A program made the position numbers and the translations under genes. A stretch of 62,370 nucleotides of DNA, filler included, from Collodictyon triciliatum (lineage: Eukaryota): the NCBI GenBank assembly GCA_043381765.1. It is 6 parts of 6 records of this genome, joined end to end, with 100 filler letters (N's around TTAATTAATTAA, not from the genome) between each part and the next. Parts side by side here need not be neighbours in the genome. Positions count along the whole stretch, not along the records: positions 56,303 to 62,370 come from JBHJMP010002988.1; 5 more parts are not named here. One strand, given 5' to 3'. Within the stretch, counting starts at the first letter, position 1; each line of letters starts with the position of its first letter. The notes beneath the pieces are model-generated. The model was given only the letters and a program-made list of their open reading frames with translations, did not search any database and had not been told where the DNA came from. This document shows positions 56,350-62,370 of this stretch, piece after piece.

Positions 56350-59300
56350 GAATTCTCGATGCCACAGTCGAGGCAACGATCGATACACTTCATGCACAGA
56401 TAATTCCTTTTGAACTGAAGTCTAGCAAGAAAACAACCCCAACTCCAACGCACCAGGCTCAAGTTAGTGATAGTTAGTTAGAAAGTTTAGAATAATTACC
56501 AGACCCACTTATCTCTGCTAACGTGATTAGGTTGTAATATATTCCATGATGCTTCAGGAGAGATATGGTTTAATATTTTTATAATAAACCCCCATACTAA
56601 GGAAAATAATATTATGCTATCAAACCATTATTCTCATAATATTCAATTGCACTTGTCCTCAGAATCCTATCCATAATTTTCATGTGTATTTTTTGGAGGA
56701 ATCCTATTTTATCATTTACTTTGACATCACATTCAATGGTGAAAAAAAAATATTGTCCATATATGTAAACGAATAAGTGAGCTATGGCGATACATCTTAT
56801 CAAGTAATTTTGTCACTCTTCCAATAATTTTCTCTCCCGTCACAGGGTTGAATGTTCCGTTTGGATTATTGTATTACATGCCAACAAACACGATGTCGGT
56901 AATTAAAGTAGATTGGAGAGAAATCAGAGGCGTTATACACGCCAGAAATGAGTTAGTGGCCTACCTTAGCGACCATGACAAACTCCCTGATATGAAGAGG
57001 CAAAAATTTTCGTGTAAAAATTGCAGTGCAGTAGATACTTGTATGATATACCACAAGGTATAGATAAATAGTTTTCTCCTCCTCTTAATTTTCTTTTTAA
57101 AACTTCGCCTAGGTTAAAAATAATTTATTTTTAGATGAATCGGTTATATTAAGTTAAATATAGGCCCTTGAAAATGGAACAGAGTTCACTGCTGGTGTGG
57201 GTGAAATATTTGAAGAATGGACTGGGCATTTATCCTCTCAACACACTGAATTTTTAGTCAAATGGAACAGATTGATAGATCTGGAGTTGAGATCAGCAGA
57301 ACAAAATAGGATGCAGATATGGAGTGAGGACCCAAAGGAAAGAGAGTCCTCAGGAAGGTAAACATAAACAGCATTATTATTTATGAAATTGATGCTAGCC
57401 AACATTTTGAGAAATGGTATTCTTATTCGTACATGTAACTTTGGACTATTGTACCATCTCTTGTCGATAAGCACTGACATGAAGCTATCTGAAAAACAAG
57501 AAGAAGAAACAGTCCGTAACTATGTGTATCTGTCTGTGTCCTATCTACTAGTATGATATCTTGTTTATTTGAATCTGAATAACTAGATCACTGTCTCGAA
57601 TGTCCCTTGTGGAGACAAAACACGACACCTTAGATAAAGTACAGCTAGTTTTTGAAAAGCAAGCTGATTATCAAGATTTATCCGGGAGAGGTTTTTCGAG
57701 CCAAAAGTCTTTACATGCTCTGGATACTCATTTTTCTGTGGGTGAAAAGTATGTTGTAAATATGTTAGTTTGCATCAGGCAATCTTTACATGAATATGTT
57801 TTATTTTTTCGTCTTTTTTTTGTTATTAATATAATAAAGTTACATTTTATCTAATTAATCTTAAATTAACCGTTGTTTCTTTTCTTTTAGTTTTTTTTTA
57901 AAATTTTATAGTACGTAATTAATTGGTTATGTTCTATTTTTTTTAAATAGAGTCCTAATGACTCAAAGCTCCCAAAGAATGGTGGTATTTAACGGAATTG
58001 TGACTAAAACATCTGTTACATCGATTCAGATAGAAATGAGAATGAAAAAAAACGTAACATTTTACGTAAATTAACCCTAAATTTTTATTTTTCCTTTTAA
58101 TTAAAATAAACATGCGCATTTGTATTATTACTCAGGGTATGAAGTTGTAGTCCAAGCATCATATCCCTTTGGACCTTTCCGCGTGCTTTTAAATGTTTTA
58201 TTCATCATATTAACACACATATATATAGTCTTTCTTTATTGGATCTGATGCTGGGCATATTGACATCGAAGACTCTCACCTAGGAAGTGACTCCCAGAGT
58301 CAGGGGTCCATGTAGTTTGCTTTTATATGTAAATATAATAAAATGGTCTTATGAAGGGGTTCCAAATCTAGTCGAGAATAATTACTTCTTTCTTTTGTGT
58401 ATTGAAAGCCGCGCCATGGAAAATCGACTTATAAAGACGGGTAGCTTGTGGACAATTGATAAGGAAGAAACAACATTAAGTTTTGCTTCAGCCAAAGACA
58501 ACATACTTCGTCTCTTATCGAGCGAGAGTGATGGAAGATTGAGATCTCTACTAATTGACCTTGAATGCCCTGGATTTAGTGAAAGAATCCCAGATGTCAT
58601 GTATCATCATATTCATTTGCATTTCCAATGAAGCAAGAGAAAAAATATATGGCACTGATTTACATGCGTGATTAATAAATCGTTAATATAAAGAGCTTGT
58701 CTGATATTCATAGATAATCTTCCGTTTAGGGATTAAAATCATTCTTTTCAAAAAAAAAAAAAAACTAGACAAAAAAACCTCCTTGACCCTAGATTAAACC
58801 AAGACCAGACCAGAGCGATACGGCACATATTTTCTGGTTCTTGATTTTAAAATACATTTTCTTTAATTCCTTGTAAACGAATGATAATCATCTTACACAA
58901 TTGGATTGTAGCGAATGATTATGCTATGATATTGGGGATGCCAGGAACGGGAAAAACAACAACCATATCCAAGTTAGTGGAGTTGATGGTACAGAATAAT
59001 TGTAAAGTTTTGATTACGTCGTACACTCATACAGCCGTCGATACAATATTGATGAAATTGAAAGAGATTGGGATCAAATTTATTAGATTTGGCAGAGTTG
59101 ACCAGGTTTCCATTTATTTTAAAAGATTTACTTTAAAGATTATCATAGAAGTGCTATTTATCATAGTTCTTTTCTGCGTTCATTACACTTCGACCACCCG
59201 CTGGTGTTTGTAAACCTGTTTGCATTTATATATTCATCCATGAAAGGTACATCCCTCATTACATGAGCATGTGCTTCACCTCATGCCAGAGATGCAGTCT

Positions 59301-61201
59301 GTAGAATCACTGGAACGTAGGAAACATGTTCTACATTTGAACTATTTCTCAGCAAAACCAACCAGAAAAATTTGTCGATTTAGATCTATTCCAGGATTGC
59401 AAAGTAATGGCAACGACTTGTCTTGGAGCCAAACAGACCTTCATGGGGAAGGTTTCGTTCGATTATTGCATCGTCGATGAAGCTAGCCAAATATCACTGC
59501 CAGTGTGCATCGGTCCGTTGTTCTTGGCAAAGAAATTTGTTCTTGTTGGGGATCATTACCAGGTCTTTCTTTACCCACCCAGAGAACTCATTGGAATTTT
59601 CTAGTAGTTTGGGGATTCTATGTTATGTTATTTATCATCGCCATTGTAATTGTCAAGATATAATTGGAGTTGAATTAAGATATAATGAATTAATTGCCTA
59701 TATGAACGACTTAATTTTTTCTAAAATAATAAACCTTTGATGCGAAGCTGCCTCCACTGGTGAGAAATGAAGAGGCACAGGAAGAAGGCATGGGTGAGAG
59801 TTTATTCAAGTACCTCACAGAAGCGCACCCTGATTCCCTCGTGGAACTCCAAACGCAATACAGAATGAACGAGGATATAATGAGCATAACAAACGAGCTG
59901 ATATACGGAATGCGCTTGCGCTGTGGCTCCCCTGAAGTTGCCATGGTATCTATATTTTCGTTTAAACAATGATGGTGACAACGAGAGCTTATTTTCAGTG
60001 TTATATATAATGATTAATTAAATAATCTGTAAAAAAAAAATTAGAAATTTTATAATCAGACAGGGATGTTTTTTTTTTTTAAAAAAAAGTTAATAAAATT
60101 CAGGGAAGCTTGATCATTCCAACGCCGCATAAAATATTTGAAAATTTCATTTTTCAAAGTGACCGCGATTGGATTGAAAAATTACTTCTTCCAGGGTGAG
60201 CTTATGACTTTTTCTCACTTATACCACATTTCACATCTTTTCTTGATATTTGTGTAGTTGACATTTTAGTATTATCCTGACAATATTTCAGCTTTTCCCA
60301 CAAAAATGTAGATATACTTTTCCGATTACACGATCCATTATTAGTTTCTTGGATTATTGACTGGGATATTATTCTTTTAGTCCCGTTTTCCTATGCTGAT
60401 ATTCATTCTTATCCTCGACCAGGACAAGAGTAGCATTTTTGGATACTGACAAGGTTCCTTGCCCAGAGAGTCGAAGAGAAAAGTCAGTTAAAAATGTTGC
60501 TGAGGCCCGTGTTGTTTCTTTGGTATTTTTTGTTTTGTTTTGTGCTCTAATCTTATTTTACACCTTATTTTCATATACATGTGAATGAGACCCATATATG
60601 AAGAGGATTGTACTGCTCAACCCTGATTGAATTGGCATGTACAAAAGATTATCCAAAGCTTTACGACTGGCGGCATCCATGGGCACCAGATTGGCGTCAT
60701 ATCACCGTACCACTCCCAACTAAATGAGATCAGATCACATTTGGAATCAGAGTCAAAATCATCCATCGAAGTTGAAACAGTTGACCGTTATCAGGGTCGA
60801 GACAAAGATTGCATCATCTTATCTCTGGTAAGATCAAATGACAGCCAAAAAGTGGGTGACCTTTTGCGTGACTGGAGGAGAATCAACGTCGCCATTACCC
60901 GAGCTAAAAAAAAGTTGATCGTCATTGGCTCCAGAAAAACAATAGTTAACCAACCGATGTTAAGACAATTAGTTGCAATATGTGATTCAAAGAGTTGGGT
61001 TTGTTTGTATACAATCTTATCAAACCTGGACCAATCACCACCCCCACTCCGATTTCCATTCCCAAATAATTGAGCTGTGGCATCTAGTAATGTGTTACGG
61101 TTCTCACGCTTTATTGCTACTTTTGATAAATATCATAGGCTATCAGTCTTCCACAAGGAGCTGACCAATTTCATCCTAGAGTTCAAAATACACAGACGTG
61201 A
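56350..61201 (+). CDS. DNA2: DNA2 nuclease/helicase (5' part missing), multi-exon
   Basis: Nuclease ILDATV..PFELKS..HQAQ, GLLYY, RNELV, FeS motif CKNCSAVDTC. SF1 helicase GMPGTGKTT, TSYTHTAVD, VDEASQ, LVGDHYQLPP, QYRMN, TVDRYQGRDKD, RRINVAITRAK. Confidence 0.95.
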
Positions 61202-61235
61202 GCAAATGAAAAAATTAAAAAAAAATCCTATTTCT

Positions 61236-61285
<50 letters not shown>

Positions 61286-61836
61286 ATAATTCCAAAAAAA
61301 AAAAAAAAAAAAAAAAAACGAACCAAATATTCCCTAATATTCTCATCAGCGAACAATTCAAATCCTAAAATCGTTCATGCGAGTAGTTATCTTGTCTGTA
61401 ATCCTTTCGTTGTTGAGAAGAAGGCCTCTTAACATAAATATATTTCGTTACGTAATTATAGGAAATCGCAAACATCAAACCTAGAGTCCGCACATGATAC
61501 AATACCTTCTCTTGTTGACCTGCTTGGATATGATATCCTCCCATCCGATCTTGATTTTGATGAAGAGCATTTTCAATAAACAGCATCGAAAGAATATTGC
61601 GTATAATAATGAAGTAAACAAAAAAATGTGCCTCGCCTCTTACTCCATGAATCGGTATTATCAAACTCTGTATAGTTCCTTTCGTGCTTGGACATGTTTT
61701 TTTTTTTTTTAACTTTGGTTAGGGTCCAGGTGTTCTTTTGGAATTGTAGTCTAAATTGGATGGTGATAAGTTCGTCTTTTTAAGGATTGATATCTTTAAG
61801 ATTGAACCGCCAGGCCTCTCATTGATAATGACGCAT

Positions 61837-62060
61837 TACTTTCTGTAGGCGACTTCAACATAAGCCTTCCACCCCTCTCCTTGCTCCCATTCTTCTATTA
61901 AGACGCCAGTAGAAAGGGGCATTCTTCCAATCAAAAATGATATCATCAATGTCCGAATGCGAATACTATTGATTAAAGAAAACTTTCTCGTTTAGGGGAT
62001 AGATTCGGGGCAGTGTTACTGGAACCCTCGAGTGGTTGATTTCCATCGTCATTGTTATCT
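61837..62060 (-). CDS. Possible last exons of an unknown gene
   Basis: DNNDDGNQPLEGSS...PKRE, a GT..AAG intron, then MPLSTGVLIEEWEQGEGWKAYVEVAYRK*. Weak support. Confidence 0.25.
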
Positions 62061-62370
62061 TTTTTTTTTTTTTTTTAACAAAGACATATCTCTCATAGAA
62101 GGAAAATTCTAAAATATGCTGCTAATGAGAAAAATAAAATACCCCGTTTCATTTGGAGCAATAAGGAAGATTAAAAGTTTGGTAAAAGTATATATGTCCC
62201 AGTGGTAAAGCAAAAAAATGACAATTGTATTATTTTTCACTTCGCTGATACCGTGCATTTATATGAATATGCCTGTGTATGTATGTATGTATGTATGTAT
62301 GTATGTATGTATGTATGTATGTATGTATGTATGTATGTATGTATGTATGTATGTATGTATGTATGTATGT

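Noticed and set aside
56350-57060. Cas4-like nuclease motifs as a sign of a CRISPR system
   Set aside because: This is the normal FeS nuclease domain of DNA2; no array is present.

Overview
Eukaryotic, AT-rich, intron-rich protist-like DNA; the gene content is amoebozoan-like, but the taxon is only an inference. The window is not one locus: it is six scaffolds joined by an artificial N44-TTAATTAATTAA-N44 spacer (12653, 27158, 36843, 46524, 56203), so synteny across the spacers means nothing. Host genes recognisable from motifs: an ankyrin protein with a long low-complexity tail, two PHO80/PREG-like cyclins, a CAMK-group (SNF1/MARK-like) kinase with coiled coil, a Gde1-like ankyrin-GDPD, a C9orf72 homologue, a RING/B-box/NHL (TRIM-like) protein, an M20 peptidase, a class III cyclase-TKL kinase fusion, SLX9, large NAD-glutamate dehydrogenase and DNA2. 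The most notable region is a mobile-element cluster at about 13.8-16.9 kb. It holds a decayed Fanzor1 (eukaryotic TnpB-like RNA-guided nuclease) gene, preceded by a frameshifted 23-aa STPR-repeat fragment (Helitron-like) and a small structured GC-rich island. The Fanzor is interrupted inside its zinc finger by a non-LTR retrotransposon (zf-RVT) fragment that has a relative at about 42.1-42.6 kb. Exon boundaries were read by eye and are approximate.
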